NCBI GenBank assembly: GCA_964035575.1
Contig: OZ037845.1
Location: forward strand, 124,001-188,000
DNA from: Rhynchopus sp. YZ270_cl-10
Lineage: Eukaryota
Direction: 5' to 3'
Length of the DNA stretch: 64,000 bases
Part shown: positions 1 to 13,937 of the stretch, in pieces
How positions within the stretch are numbered: position 1 is the stretch's first letter
Layout: the number at the start of each line of letters is the position of its first letter
Program-made: the position numbers and the translations under genes
Notes under the pieces: generated by a model
The model's database searches: none
Seen by the model: only the letters and a program-made list of their open reading frames with translations
What the model was told of the DNA's origin: nothing

Positions 1-3000
1 GGCGAGTTGGGGCGGAACACACGCGGCCGGTGTGTGTCGTCTGTGGAGTCCTCGCTTGTCTGCGCACCTTGCTCTGTTTGTCTGGTAAGCATCTCCTTCT
101 CCAGCTCCTCCAGATGTTTGAGGTGTGCCAACTCCGATGCCGTGAGTGCACTCTTCGCCTTCACCTCGTCGTAGTACAGCTCCAGCTCTGCGTAGTTGAA
201 CAGAGCACCACGCCCTTCACGGTTCTTCGCAAAGTCTTGCAGCATCCTCTTCTTCTCCTCCGAGCACGGAAGGGGGGAGCGGTCCCGCTTGGGTGGCGAA
301 TTGCCCGTGCGCACAGGGGTATGGCGTGGTGTGCGGTTCGCTTTGTCGACAGACTCATCCGAATGTCTCCGCTCTGACTTGCCTGGCCACGGCATCGAAG
401 TGTTTCTTGACCTGCGGAAACATGGACTTTTCGTGCGCTGCTGTCCTTCTACGGAGCTGAGTGTGCTGGTGAGAACCCTGTCCTTCGGTACAAGATCTGC
501 GCTGGACAGTGCTGGCGACGAAATGTCTGTATCCAGAGCATTGGAAGCTTTTCCTGAACGCGACCGCCGAACTGACTTCCGCTTTTCCTTGCTTGCCGTC
601 CTTCTCTCTCTGTTGCTGGGAACGTCTTCACTGGAACTCTGCTTTATTGACGAGTGCGAACGACTTTCACGAGATGAAGTCCTGCCTTGCAGCTCTCTGA
701 TAGGTGTACGCTTCTCTCTTGGTTGCTTCCGTTCTGGTGTGTCGGTTGTCACTTCTTGGCTCGAGGTCGTGGCTTTGCTTGAGTGTGAACGACTTTCGCG
801 AGATGCAGTTCTGCCCTGCAACTCTCTCACAGGTGTACGCTTCTCCCTCGGGCGCTTCTGTTCTTGTGTAATTTCTTGGGTAGACGTGGACGCGGAGATG
901 GAAGTATGCGAACGACTTTCACGAGACGAAGTCCTGCCTTGCAGCTCTCTCACAGGTGTACGCTTCTCTCTTGGCTTCTGTTCTTGTGTAACTTCTTGAC
1001 TAGATGTCGAAGCAGAGATGGAAACGTGCGAACGACTCTCATGAGATGCGGTCCTGCCTGGCATACCCTGCTTCCGTTCTGGTGTGTCTTTTGACAGTTC
1101 TTGGCTCGAGGTCGTGGCTTTGCTTGAGTGTGAACGATGTTCCCGAGAAGCAGTTCTGCCCTGCAACTCTCTCACAGGTGTACGCTTCTCTCTGGGGTGC
1201 TTCAGATCTTGTGGAGCTTCTTGGCTGGACGTGGATGCGGAGATGGAAGCCTTCCGTGAACGGCGTGTTGGCGTTGCGCTCTTGCCTTGCTGTTCTCTGA
1301 TCGGTGTTCGCTTTTCCCTTCTGCCACGCTTCACTTCCTGACTCGAAATCGACACCGACACCGAAGCTTTGCTCGAATGACTTGCCACACTCGAGGTACG
1401 TCGGTGTGCTGTGCGTGGGGTACGTGTGTGCGACTCTTTTGAAGGTGTACGCGGTAACTCTTCACGACCCCTGCTCGTATCTTGACTGGTGGCAGACGCC
1501 GACGCCGAGGCAGATGCTGAGACAGACGCTTTGCTCGAGGAACGCGTCCCCCTGCTGGATTTGTTCCGCTGTCCCTTCTTCGCCCTTGACTCATCGCCAC
1601 TGTTGGGGGTCTGGGTGTGCTCGAGGCTGGACATGGAGGCTTGGCTGGACTCCTTGCTGCTCTTCTCTGGGGGATGCTGCGTAGCGGGGCGGGAGTGCGC
1701 CATCCTCGACTGCGACCTGCGCGAGCCCGACAGCACAGAGGACGGACTTTTGATGGAGAAGCCTTCGCTAGGGAGAAGCGCCTCGTCGCTGCTGCTGGCG
1801 ATGCTGGGGAGCTTAGGAGGGCGTGACGAGGAGCGCTTCGTAGACAGTGCCGTTAGCTCGGTACGTTCGTCCTCGCGGATCTCCTCCCAACGCCGCTGTC
1901 GCTCTTCTCCATCCCGCGTCGCACGGTCCTTAGCAGACGTGTTCCTCCTGCGAGCACGCTCCCTCTCCCGCTCTGTCTCCTTCTCCTCTCGTTGCCTGTT
2001 GAGCTCGTCCTCTTGGTCCTCGCGAAGGCGTTCCTCCTCCTTCACTTGGGCCTCTCTCTGGAGGGCCTGCATTTCAAGCACTTTGCGCTCCTCAAGCAGC
2101 TTTGCGGAGGATGCGAGGAGCTGGCGTGTCTCTGGGTCAGAGCCGTCGTCGAGGATGATGTCGTCCATACCGTCCATCGCAAACCCTTGCATGTCTTCCC
2201 CTTCTGGTGAGCCTGTGGCCGCGTCGTTGAAGAGCTCCTCAAGGGAGGTGGGTGCGCAGGCACCTGGGCCAGACGTCTGCTCCTCAAAGGCAGACACAAG
2301 GTGCAGCGGTGCATCAGACACTGCCTCCCTCTTGAAGTCCACAGGCAGCGTCAATGACGCGTTCAGCCCGTGCCCCTCCTTCTTCTTCTCATCATCTGAG
2401 TCGTGCCACCCAACATTCGGCTCACACAGACCCGACCTCTCCAGGTCAGGCACACCCGCCACAGCGTCGTCCTGCAGCTGGCCTGGGGGCGCGCTTTCAG
2501 TCTCCATCTCAACCTCCTCGGCGTCCTTTGGGACGTTTGATGTGTCGACGCCGCTGAGCTCAGCCTTCTGCAGGTCGTAGTAGGATTGGAAGCCAGTGAC
2601 GTCGTCTTTGCTGTCGTCGTCGTTGCCCTGGATGGTCACCGCCATCACAGCGTGCGCGACTGCATTGAGAGTGCTATCGGCAGGCGAGAGCACGCTCTCC
2701 GGCGCGGGTACTGTGTTCTCAGAGTCAGCCTCACTGGCCAAGTCTGTTGTGGATTTGAGGACGGCGGCAGGCGGTGCGAGTCTGCTCTTGACTGGCCGAT
2801 GTGAGGGGGACGTTGCCAGCATGTCCTCGCTCGCCTTGGCACGGTCGCGCACCTCACGCATGCGCACCTCTTCGTTCTCCCAGCGCTCACGCTCCTCCGT
2901 ACGCCACTTCACCTCCCGCTCGTGCTCCTCGTTGCGCAGCTCCGCCCGCTTCTTGCGGCCCTCCTCGTCGAGGTGCCGCGCCTGTATCTTGCCATCCGCA

Positions 3001-3566
3001 ATCGCCAACGCATTGTCGCGCATGCCGCTGCCCAGTTCCTCAAAGCGTGCTGCTTTCTCGCGCTGCAGCTCCTTGCGCAGGGCACGCACCTCCTGCTCGA
3101 TGAGACGGTCTGCCTTCGTCTTCTTCTTCCTCTTACGACCACCACCACCACCAGACTCGGACGACGTGGCGGAGGGAATACCTATGGGGTCGCCTGCGAT
3201 GGTGGTGTACTGCCCATGCACGGCAGGGTCGTAGCCGATCGCAACCTCTGCTGCGGAGAGCGAGTGTTCGGGTACGCTCACGCGTGTGGTGCTGGAGGTA
3301 GTGGTCATCGTAGTCGTGCGGGTGGAGGTGGCTGGCTGCTGTGGTGTGTCCATCTTGCTCACGTTGCGGCTTAGGTGCCTGACGTCCGAGGACAGTGCCT
3401 GCAGCTCGCTGTGAACCCGTGCTGCAGTGCGCTGACGTGGCGTCGGTGCCCTCAAGCCTTCGCTCTGACGCGATACATCAACGTCGCCCTGGCTGAACCC
3501 ACCCGAAAGTTGCGCAGGAATAATTTTGTCCGTTCCCTGACCTGAAGAGCTACGCACAGAGCTCAT
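1..3566 (-). CDS. Large low-complexity/coiled-coil protein with ~40-aa internal repeats (3' end runs off window)
   Basis: ATG at 3566 (MSSVRSSSGQGTDK...). The frame appears open to the window edge, so the ORF track has no stop-terminated entry for it. E/R-rich coiled-coil segments. Repeats like EKRTPVRELQGRTSSRESRSH at ~640-1340. C/A-rich tract ending CACAG just upstream of the ATG. Confidence 0.8.
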   Translation of the reverse strand, partial: MSSVRSSSGQGTDKIIPAQLSGGFSQGDVDVSRQSEGLRAPTPRQRTAARVHSELQALSSDVRHLSRNVSKMDTPQQPATSTRTTTMTTTSSTTRVSVPEHSLSAAEVAIGYDPAVHGQYTTIAGDPIGIPSATSSESGGGGGRKRKKKTKADRLIEQEVRALRKELQREKAARFEELGSGMRDNALAIADGKIQARHLDEEGRKKRAELRNEEHEREVKWRTEERERWENEEVRMREVRDRAKASEDMLATSPSHRPVKSRLAPPAAVLKSTTDLASEADSENTVPAPESVLSPADSTLNAVAHAVMAVTIQGNDDDSKDDVTGFQSYYDLQKAELSGVDTSNVPKDAEEVEMETESAPPGQLQDDAVAGVPDLERSGLCEPNVGWHDSDDEKKKEGHGLNASLTLPVDFKREAVSDAPLHLVSAFEEQTSGPGACAPTSLEELFNDAATGSPEGEDMQGFAMDGMDDIILDDGSDPETRQLLASSAKLLEERKVLEMQALQREAQVKEEERLREDQEDELNRQREEKETERERERARRRNTSAKDRATRDGEERQRRWEEIREDERTELTALSTKRSSSRPPKLPSIASSSDEALLPSEGFSIKSPSSVLSGSRRSQSRMAHSRPATQHPPEKSSKESSQASMSSLEHTQTPNSGDESRAKKGQRNKSSRGTRSSSKASVSASASASASATSQDTSRGREELPRTPSKESHTRTPRTAHRRTSSVASHSSKASVSVSISSQEVKRGRREKRTPIREQQGKSATPTRRSRKASISASTSSQEAPQDLKHPREKRTPVRELQGRTASREHRSHSSKATTSSQELSKDTPERKQGMPGRTASHESRSHVSISASTSSQEVTQEQKPREKRTPVRELQGRTSSRESRSHTSISASTSTQEITQEQKRPREKRTPVRELQGRTASRESRSHSSKATTSSQEVTTDTPERKQPREKRTPIRELQGRTSSRESRSHSSIKQSSSEDVPSNRERRTASKEKRKSVRRSRSGKASNALDTDISSPALSSADLVPKDRVLTSTLSSVEGQQRTKSPCFRRSRNTSMPWPGKSERRHSDESVDKANRTPRHTPVRTGNSPPKRDRSPLPCSEEKKRMLQDFAKNREGRGALFNYAELELYYDEVKAKSALTASELAHLKHLEELEKEMLTRQTEQGAQTSEDSTDDTHRPRVFRPNS

Positions 3567-4447
3567 CCCCTGGCATTGGTGGTTGGATCCTGTGGTGTCA
3601 TGGTGTCGTGGGGAGAGATACGGGAAATAATAAAATAGTTTGGAACCCAAATCAGTGTTGGCAACGACTGCGTTTATGCTGGTTTTGTTTTCACAAAAAG
3701 CCAAAAAAAATGGGGGGAAGAAAAACGAAAGTGGCTGTCGATTCAGGAGATCTGTAGTGCGTGTGGGACAACACTAATAAGAGAGCAACGTTTCCAAAAG
3801 GACGTATTCTGTTCTGCGGAGAAGAGAGTTCACTGTTGCTTCTGCGTGGGAGAACGAGCAGGTCTCGTAAGTCTGTTCGATTGTCTAAAAACATTGAAAA
3901 AATATTTTGTAGCGACTTGCTCACTTTTTGTTTGGTTCAGATACTACTGATGGGAAAAAACGAACGGGGGTGAAACAGAACGTAAAGTATGTTGGCTTTT
4001 CTACGAGCTAGTTTGAGTAGATTTTTGCGCCATGTTCTCCAAAAATAAGAAAGTGCAGCTGGTGAAGTCCGGAGACGACATCAGTCGCGCTTGTTTGGTT
4101 AGAAAGAGCTTATTCGCAAAGAGCTGGGGAAATGGGAGAGAAAATGAATAGTTATTAATGCAGACACCTCCGACTGACTCTACGATGCCAGCCAGATGAC
4201 GGCACAAAAGAGCAATGATGGCTCCTCCAGTCAAATGAATAGTTGTACGTGCAAGTAAATAAACAGGATAGTTTTAATGCAGACACAACGGAAGCAAGTA
4301 TGAAACAAATTTGACTTGAAATACAAAGCTCTCTCGTACAGTGTACCTTAATACTAACTCATAACAAAGAACAAAAACTAAAAAAGAGGGAAGACGCACC
4401 GCTTCGTCGTGAGAGCTCAATAGCAAGAGCAAGATCATAAGATTCGT

Positions 4448-5749
4448 TCAGCGTGTCGCAATTACGCCCGGGTGGCTCTGCACTGTGTACCCCTGCTCCA
4501 CCTTCATTTTGCGGACCCTGTTGCTACTTCTGCTCGGGCGTGATGCCTTCATGAAGTTTAGAATATCCGCAGCACCCTCGCTTGCCTTTTCGCTGTACGT
4601 CACAAGGTGGATCCCAGCCGCCAACACCCTCTTGTACACATCAAGGTACGCACCTGAACACAGCGCCTTTGCGATGATGTGTCCATCACGGTTCTTTGCT
4701 GGCATCGCACGAAGCACCTGCACTGTACGGTCTCCAATGCCGACTACGCCTGTCATCTTCTGTGCTGCTGGCGAGCGCAGCAGTGACTCTGCTTCCTCCT
4801 GTGTTCGCAGGACGTAGCATTTCGCGTGCTTCACAAGCTCTCTGTGCACTGCGTCCAGTGTTGCGAGGTGGTTCGGGCGTCTGTTGTGGAACATCAGGAT
4901 CATGATGTGCTGGTCTATTGCCTTCAACGGCTGATGTGCAGGCTGCACAGAACCCGCGACAGGAAGCCCCACAGGCATTGGGAGTGGCACTTCCACACCT
5001 TTGCGCGGACGCATGTCCATCATGTACGGGTGGTTCGTTGCCTCGTAGCTTCCGTCCATAATGCAGCAGCACACACATGGAATTTTCTTGGACCCAAGAG
5101 ACAGCACACTCATCCCATACGCCCAGTGCAGATGTCCACTCACATGCAGTCGCGCACCAGAACGGACTAGGCGCCTCGCCTGTCGCTCGTCGCCTCCCTC
5201 ACGACCCTTCGCAAAGTAGTGTGCAGGTCCATGCGACATCACAATGTCAACCGGGTTGTCGTCGTTGAAGGCATCAATCCCACGCCACAGACCTTTAGAG
5301 CTTCCCTCCTGCCACGCAGAGTTCGGGCTTGACCCAACACTGTTCGGCGAGCCAAAGATCTTGATCCCCCTAATGTCAACAGCCTCGTTCTCGAGGTAGA
5401 CGAAGTTGTGTGGCAGGTGCTGCTCGATGTAGGCACGGCCAAGCTCCTTCAGCCGCATGTCGTGGTTCCCACAGATAAGCACGCCTCTGCTGCAGGGCTG
5501 CCGCGCCAGCCATGCACAGAACTTTGTGTACGCTTCTTTGGACGCTCCGACTGACATGCTGGTGCCGCTTCTGAAGAGGATGTCGCCTGCGTGCAGAAGC
5601 ACGTCACACGGCGGCACTGTGCATTCTTCTTCCTTGAGGTGTGTGTCTGAGATGCATACAATGCGCACGGTGCCTGGTGTCTGTGGGATGCCTGTCCCTA
5701 GCTTGAACGTCGTGGGTTTGTGTGCCTCTGACGCTGCATAGTGAAACAT
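4448..5749 (-). CDS. Calcineurin-like metallophosphoesterase (MPPED/239FB-like) with C-terminal extension
   Basis: Motifs ISDTH, LHAGD, CGNHD, SHGP and SGHLH in the expected order. Likely start MFHYAAS at 5749 after an AG acceptor. Confidence 0.85.
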   Translation of the reverse strand: MFHYAASEAHKPTTFKLGTGIPQTPGTVRIVCISDTHLKEEECTVPPCDVLLHAGDILFRSGTSMSVGASKEAYTKFCAWLARQPCSRGVLICGNHDMRLKELGRAYIEQHLPHNFVYLENEAVDIRGIKIFGSPNSVGSSPNSAWQEGSSKGLWRGIDAFNDDNPVDIVMSHGPAHYFAKGREGGDERQARRLVRSGARLHVSGHLHWAYGMSVLSLGSKKIPCVCCCIMDGSYEATNHPYMMDMRPRKGVEVPLPMPVGLPVAGSVQPAHQPLKAIDQHIMILMFHNRRPNHLATLDAVHRELVKHAKCYVLRTQEEAESLLRSPAAQKMTGVVGIGDRTVQVLRAMPAKNRDGHIIAKALCSGAYLDVYKRVLAAGIHLVTYSEKASEGAADILNFMKASRPSRSSNRVRKMKVEQGYTVQSHPGVIATR

Positions 5750-6448
5750 GGTAGTGTGTAAAGATCTGAAAGGTGGACAATGGCTTGGGAAGAAGGGGCA
5801 CAAGAGAAACAATAAAAACAGATTTCACTGGTTTGCGGTGGTTTGTGTTCTGGTTTGCTTTTGAAGCATGGCTGAGAGAGAAACGACGGTTTCATTCCTT
5901 CCTCACCCTTGCGAAACGTCTTGAGTGTGAAGTTCAAATGCACAAAACAAAAGAAAAGTTGGTGAGATGACCTAAGCCTCGCGTGCTCAACTTAGGTAAT
6001 TCAAAGCAAAAAGCGATTTTCCGTAAAACAATGTTTGAAGTGAAAACCACAAAGCAACATAGGTTGTTCGGGTTTGCACAACAAGGAGCAAATTTCTGAT
6101 GACAAAAATAAAAACAAACAAAAGACAAATGTCAAAGATGGTTGGGCCTTACTTTCGGGCACACAAACATCCAAAACAAAATAGAGCTGAGCATAACGAA
6201 AAAGCAATAACAAATGCAACAAAAGGTAACAAGAATAATACCGGTTCCTGCTACATAAAAATAAAGTTCTGGACAACCACATACAAACTTAACAAATCTC
6301 ACCCACGGGCAGGCTCGGGCTGTGCCCTCTCTCCTATTCACATTCCTGCCACCTCACATGAATGTGTGATGCAGAACTGTTATCCGAATGGCGAGGGTTT
6401 TGCTGAGATGTTTGTGTGAACGTCGTCCTTTTGTTTTCTTTTTTATAT

Positions 6449-6793
6449 TCAAATCTGGCTTGTGGATGATCCTCCGTAGTTCCATGCACACCTTCCTTCA
6501 GCGCACACGAACCCATCCGCAGGCGGGCAGTCGCAAGTGCCAATGGTGTTGATGTTGCAGTTTTCCATGATCCCTCTCAGGGTGTCGAGGGAGACGCGTT
6601 TCCTCGCGACCAGCTCTCTTGTGCACCCACAGCTTGTGCCGGTGATGATCTGCCCGCACTCAGCATCCGCTTCGCACATCTGTACAGAGCGCAGTGCCTT
6701 GTCGTACAGTATCGCGCACACAGCGGGGTTCTGTGCGTCTGCCTGTGCCACGATGCACAGAAGCACTGCGAACAAAACGGCCTTGACTGTCAT
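6449..6793 (-). CDS. Small secreted cysteine-rich protein
   Basis: Signal peptide MTVKAVLFAVLLCIVAQADA followed by about 10 Cys in ~95 aa. Confidence 0.75.
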   Translation of the reverse strand: MTVKAVLFAVLLCIVAQADAQNPAVCAILYDKALRSVQMCEADAECGQIITGTSCGCTRELVARKRVSLDTLRGIMENCNINTIGTCDCPPADGFVCAEGRCAWNYGGSSTSQI

Positions 6794-7385
6794 ATTAATT
6801 GTCTTGTGGATTTGTGGATCAGTCTGAGTGTTGGTATTGTGGGGTGGATGCACTTAGGCAGAAAGTGGAGCAGAATGGGGGAATATGGGGAGAACGTTTG
6901 ACCTTCAGTTGTATTTATGGAATCACGTTATTTATTTACTTTGTGAAGCACACCATGCGGTGCGTCTAGGGGAAGGAGAAAGGGAATAAAAAATCTAAAG
7001 AATTCCCCTCAAAACCTCAATACGAGACCGTAAAAAGAAGAAATAGCTTTCGCAATAAAGGGTTAGGTTGGATCACCCTGAAGTCACCGTACAATACTTT
7101 CCACTTATTTTGGGAAAATACGTATTTTCGCTTTTAAAATTTTACAGCGGAGAAAAACGCTGATTGAAATGGAAGAGAAAAAAAACGAAACCTTGCGACC
7201 CAAAAATAACTGAGAACAAAAAGCAAAATGTACGAGGTGCGTTTGTTCCAGCTAGAGAACCTCCGTGGGGAGAACAGCTTTTGCTGGAGTTTCTACTATA
7301 ACCTCAGGTGCCCCTGCCCCGTACTGCCATCACACATCCCATCATCGTCGACAGACGATGTTTGTATTTGGGAAACACTCCCGCT

Positions 7386-9029
<1,644 letters not shown>

Positions 9030-9690
9030 TGCTGCGACTGGTGTTATTGTTAGGAACTGTGCTGCCTACAGGCCGGTTGGTCCTTCCGTGTTGTGTAAAG
9101 ACAAACAAAAAATGCTCAAATCTCTGCGAGTGGATGTGGATGTGGATAAGGGATGAGGGAGAAAGTGAAAAATGAGCACACGTTTTGATTTTTTTTTCCC
9201 AACATAATAATATTTTTTTGAAAAAAAGGGTTGTTGGAACAAGCGTTGCCCACACAACATCCATATTCCAAATGAGAAAGAATGGTGGAATGGGGAAAAC
9301 AGCTAGCAGGGCTTTGAACTCAACTTCTGCTGCTGTGATTTTGCACCTGAGCACCAATCGAATGGTGCATTTCCTTCTTGTCTGATTCATCCAATAAAAA
9401 GGTGTTGCGCGTTTAGTGACTGTTACACAGCTATGGTCGTTCAGTCACGTAGGTGTTAAAAATATAAAAGCTCTTGGACATAACAGAATGCCCATTTCAG
9501 GACAATTTTTTCGGGGGTCAAAAAAGTTATGGATGACTCCAACATCGAACACACCTTCACTCAGAGGAGCTGGAATACAAATGATGTACAACGTCAATAA
9601 TATTGACTAAAAATAGTATCAATTTTTGATGATTTTTTTTTGCTGGCCTTGAACGGACCTTTGCTAAGACATCCTCTCCAAAAATAGCTG

Positions 9691-9789
9691 ACCGTAATCG
9701 TAAAAAATTATCGACCGTACTAATGTTCGATTCAGTATTTTTCTGGAAGTTCGACCTTTTTTACGGTCGAACATTTTTACGATTACGGT
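9691..9789. mobile_element. Small palindromic MITE-like element
   Basis: ACCGTAATCGTAAAAA...CGACCGTA matched by TACGGTCG...TTTTTACGATTACGGT. Confidence 0.5.
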
Positions 9790-11051
9790 ATGTTGCTTTT
9801 GTCCAAGAGCTAAAAATGAAAAAAAGTAAAAATAAAAAGAAGACTCTCCAAAAAGGAATGGACGACGGGTGCACAACCGTCATCTGCCAATGTACCGTAC
9901 GACAAAACCATCTGCAGTCGTGCACCCCCCTGACAACAGTTTTTTTTTTCCTTATTTTCCTCTTCGCAGTAGAGATCAAAAAAAGCTATGAGGGTCTGAC
10001 TTCAACAAAAGAAGCATAGGCACTGTGTTGCACACTGCGCCTTTGTCAGACACCTCTGATGCAGGCCTTAGCCGAGTAGTGGGGTGTATGGGGTTGTGAG
10101 CTGTGTTGGGAAAGGGAGGGGGATGGGACTCTCGAATAGACGAATCATCAGACCCGTCGCTGTTGCCGTACTGCTTCCGCCCCCTTCTCTTTTTTGTGCA
10201 CACTCCTCAAACACAAACTGGGGGATGTCAAAACAAAACAAAGAAAAATTGTAATGGACCTCTCGCACACACATCCAAACAAAAAAAAAAAAAAAACAGG
10301 TGCCGCCCAGCTAGACAATGCTACTTGCCCGCTGAATCTGTGAAAAACTTGTTTTTTTTTTCCCCTCCTTTTCTTAGTAGTATGGTCGACAAAAACACAA
10401 CGGTGAGACAATAGTAAGGATGAGCAGAGAAATGACAGAACATCTCTGCGACCCCTTTTATTGCGGAATCTGCCAAAGGACAGATTCTGGCACAAACACA
10501 CCCAAATATGACTGCGTGTTTTTTTTTTCCCCCCTCTCTTTTTTTGTGTGCCACATGCCCGCCCTCTCTTTTGGTCGATGTCGCCAGATGATTGATAGAT
10601 TTTTTAGTTGTAGTGAAACGACAGTTCTTGTATAAAAAAAAAAATGCACCCAAAAGGGAATGCTTTCAGAAACCTTTCAAAAGAGAGTGTATTTGCGAGA
10701 GAGATAAGACATTAGAGACGGGTCTGACTCTTCTTTGATAATCGTCCACTTGAATTTTGTATTTTAAAAAAAAAACTTTCAAAAGAAAACACAAAAAAAG
10801 GGGGGGGGGGGGGGGTATTTTAGTTCTAATTGAGGGATCTAATATAAAAGGGGCAAAAAGGGGGGGAAATTGAGTGCAGATACTTTGTATTCCAGTATCA
10901 ATACCCACCTGTCATAACAGGTGGGAAAAAAAACATCGTTGGATTAGTGTAGCGTCACTTTATTTTTTGTGCAATTGTCCACTATTTTTTTTTTTTCCTT
11001 CTTTTCTTTGTCTGTCTTCAAAATACGACCATATCCAAACCGTTATATGCC

Positions 11052-11336
11052 TCAGCAGGCACGAGCATCCTGCTCAGCTTGGGCCTCCTCCACTTCTTTG
11101 GTGAGCTCGTTAAGAAGCATCTCGACTTCGGCGAAGCGTTCCAGGCTCTTCACATGGTTGTCTTCCAGCACCTCACGCGTCACTGCGTGGTGGTCTTCAT
11201 AGGTCTTGCTGATAGCCTCTGACTGACGTTCGTACATATCACTTGTGTAGCACGGCTGGGCGGGCTCGGCAGCAGCCATCTGGTGGCTCGCTCTGCGTGC
11301 GACAAGAGACACACGGGAAAACCTTGCAACGTACAT
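11052..11336 (-). CDS. Small coiled-coil protein, possible mitochondrial presequence
   Basis: 94-aa GC-rich ORF. R/S-rich N-terminus lacking acidic residues (MYVARFSRVSLVARRASH). C/A-rich upstream tract. Confidence 0.65.
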   Translation of the reverse strand: MYVARFSRVSLVARRASHQMAAAEPAQPCYTSDMYERQSEAISKTYEDHHAVTREVLEDNHVKSLERFAEVEMLLNELTKEVEEAQAEQDARAC

Positions 11337-13937
11337 CGTTTTGCTTTGTGTGTTGTTTGGGTGCTGCGGAGTGGAGAGTTGGTAGTGGTGCAGAGTGGTA
11401 TAGGGGTGGTGTAAGAAAAAAAACAGAGTACCATTACTTTTGCAGAAGATATGCCTGCGTGGGGGGGTAGGGTGTTTACTTTACTGAAACGGTTATAGTT
11501 TTTTTTTTTTTGTTTTTTTTTTTTGTAGCGTTTTGTTTAATTGTGTATCCCCCTCGACCCCCCCTACGTCCACTCCCCCCCTTTACCCCACACGCCCTGT
11601 TTCTTTCTGCTCCTAGGATAAGGCTCTGGGCTTTGGGTCGTCAATTCAGCGTTCTAGCCTGACGACATCCTGTTTGCTTTCACATGGATAAAAAAAAAAA
11701 GTTAAAAAGTGCAAAACGCCTCTGCGGACGTAAGGCACAAAAAAGGAGGGAGAAAATGCAAAAACTTTTGTTAAAATTTTTGTCACAAAAAAATACACTT
11801 CACCTCTGTTGCACACAAAAAAAAACCCCCCTTCGTACTGAAAGAATCAGGAACAAACAGAAAAAGGGGGAAGGGGGTGTAGAAAAAAAAAAACGTGTTG
11901 AAACCAGCTTTGTGCGGAACACGTTGCATAACTATGTAAAAACCAAAGGGATGATGTGTGGGCCTCAACGCTCTCTCTCATATCAAAAATGTCTGGACAA
12001 TCTGCTATATGGGGGGAACGCACACTTTGCCACCCAAAATACCGTCCATTTGAGTGGCGGCTTTGCTATGCTAGGTTCAGACAACAGTGCAGAATGTGAG
12101 CAGAAAAAACTCTGGTCTGAAACGTTGCCTTTTTTTGCCAGTAGTGTAGTGGGTAATTTGTATTCAAAAGAGTAGTCGAAACGTGCTAAAACGCGGCTCG
12201 GTCGACTCAGCGTGGTCTATACCGTAAGAGAACGGAGGCGGTTCACAACCACGGGGGTGCGTTACTGAGCGCACCCCCGTGGTTAACTTACAAAAGGGAG
12301 GCCTGCAAGAGTCCAAGCCTCGTGCACGTAGCTTAGCTATCTTCAAAATTATAGGTAATTGATGCACAAATAGCGGGCTGTGAAAAAAAAATGACTCGCC
12401 GCAACTGGCATACATCTTAACCAACAAATCTCTACAAAAAAAAATGTTCTAAAAACCGCACAAAAGGGGGATGGGGTGGGGGGGTGGTTTTCTCTCGTTA
12501 AAAGCCCAACACCTCAATATTCCCATTTTCGTTAATACCCACTTTTCTTTTTTGAGTAGTAACGAGAGTGGGTATTAGGGAGGGACCAGCGAAGAAAACA
12601 TGTAAGATGGCATGTGCCTCTTTGTGCAATCTCAAAATAAAGTCCGTCGGAGGAAGGGGTGTTGCTGTAGCGAAGGAGAAGGGGTGTGTGGGGGTGTTCT
12701 CTTTTGCCAGCAAGATGAGCCCCCCTCACCGCACAAAAAAAGAAAAGAAAAGAAAAGAAAAGAAGATCAATTCAGGTACGTAGTGGCATGATGACTCCAT
12801 TCGGTTTTCAAAAAAAAAAGCGACAACTGCGCTGTTCCAAACAATTTACCGCAAATCGTACTATCCGGGGCCCAGCGTACTCCAGAGATGGTGATCCGAG
12901 TCTTGCTGACATTTCGAAAATCCGAAGCTCAGCCTTTTTTTCGAGAAAAAAATCGGAAAAGTCAAGAAACGGGTCGTGATCAGTCGGAGTACACGGTACT
13001 CCCCGTGCAATCATGAGAAAGGCGACTTGAGGACTTCCTTCATGCAGATACTTAAAAGCAGGTTCCACAATCAACTAAAGAAGGCATGTCTTGGGACTGC
13101 ATTTGTCCAGGCCGCATGCCTGTGTGGTCTACTTCCATAGGAATTTCTCATTACTCATGTGCGCTTCTTTAAAAGCCACAGCATGGCTGGGAAAAGAATA
13201 GAACCAAACCCAAAACACAACACGAAACACAAAAAAAACACAGAGTCGCTAGATGGTACCCCAAATAAAAAACTTAAGTTGATACAAAACAGATGAAAGT
13301 GCCTCGTGCACACATCTAAAAAAAAACGGGTGACAATGACCTAAGCCGCGCTTAGCAATAAAATGAGCAAACGTAAATCGGGCGGTACTTTTTTTTATAT
13401 AGCGGGGGGGGGGGGAAACAGAAAAAAATGGATGAATTTGAGTCTCTCTCTTTTCTCTCCCATTTTTTTTTGTTTTTCACTTAAAAAAATGGGGGTTGAA
13501 GGAATCAGGCGGGTTTTTCTTGCAGTTTTTTTTTCCCCTTCGAAAATGACAATTTGTCAAAATAATGATTGGAGCTATCAATGCGACCTTTGTGCTTAGA
13601 TTCTCTTGGCGCTTCTTTCACTTTTGAGGAGCAGAAAACTGTCCGCGTTGACATGCTGACATTTGACAACAAAAAGTGAAGCTAACGGTGAAGAAATACC
13701 GTGAAAACACCTCCAGGGATGCAGGCACATAGGCAAGAGAGATGACTGTGTCCTTTACGCACACACATCGTGTTTATTATAAAACTACGTTGACAAATAA
13801 AAACACACACAGAACAAACGAGGAAGATCTAACCCCATTTCTTAGGACCGCTGTAACAGAAAATTAGGAAAGAAGGGAGAGACGCACCACAAAGGTGGTG
13901 CAGTCAGTGTGTTGCGTAAAATAGTAGGCGATGATGG

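Noticed and set aside
196..3374. Long plus-strand ORFs (also 37365-38423, 44986-45969, 55216-56458, 58248-59291)
   Set aside because: Antisense shadows of GC-rich or repetitive minus-strand genes, with no recognisable motifs.
5750..5812. N-terminal ORF-track extensions upstream of the chosen ATGs (also at the kinase, cyclase and surface-protein genes)
   Set aside because: They start at non-ATG codons and translate C/A- or T-rich acceptor/UTR sequence.
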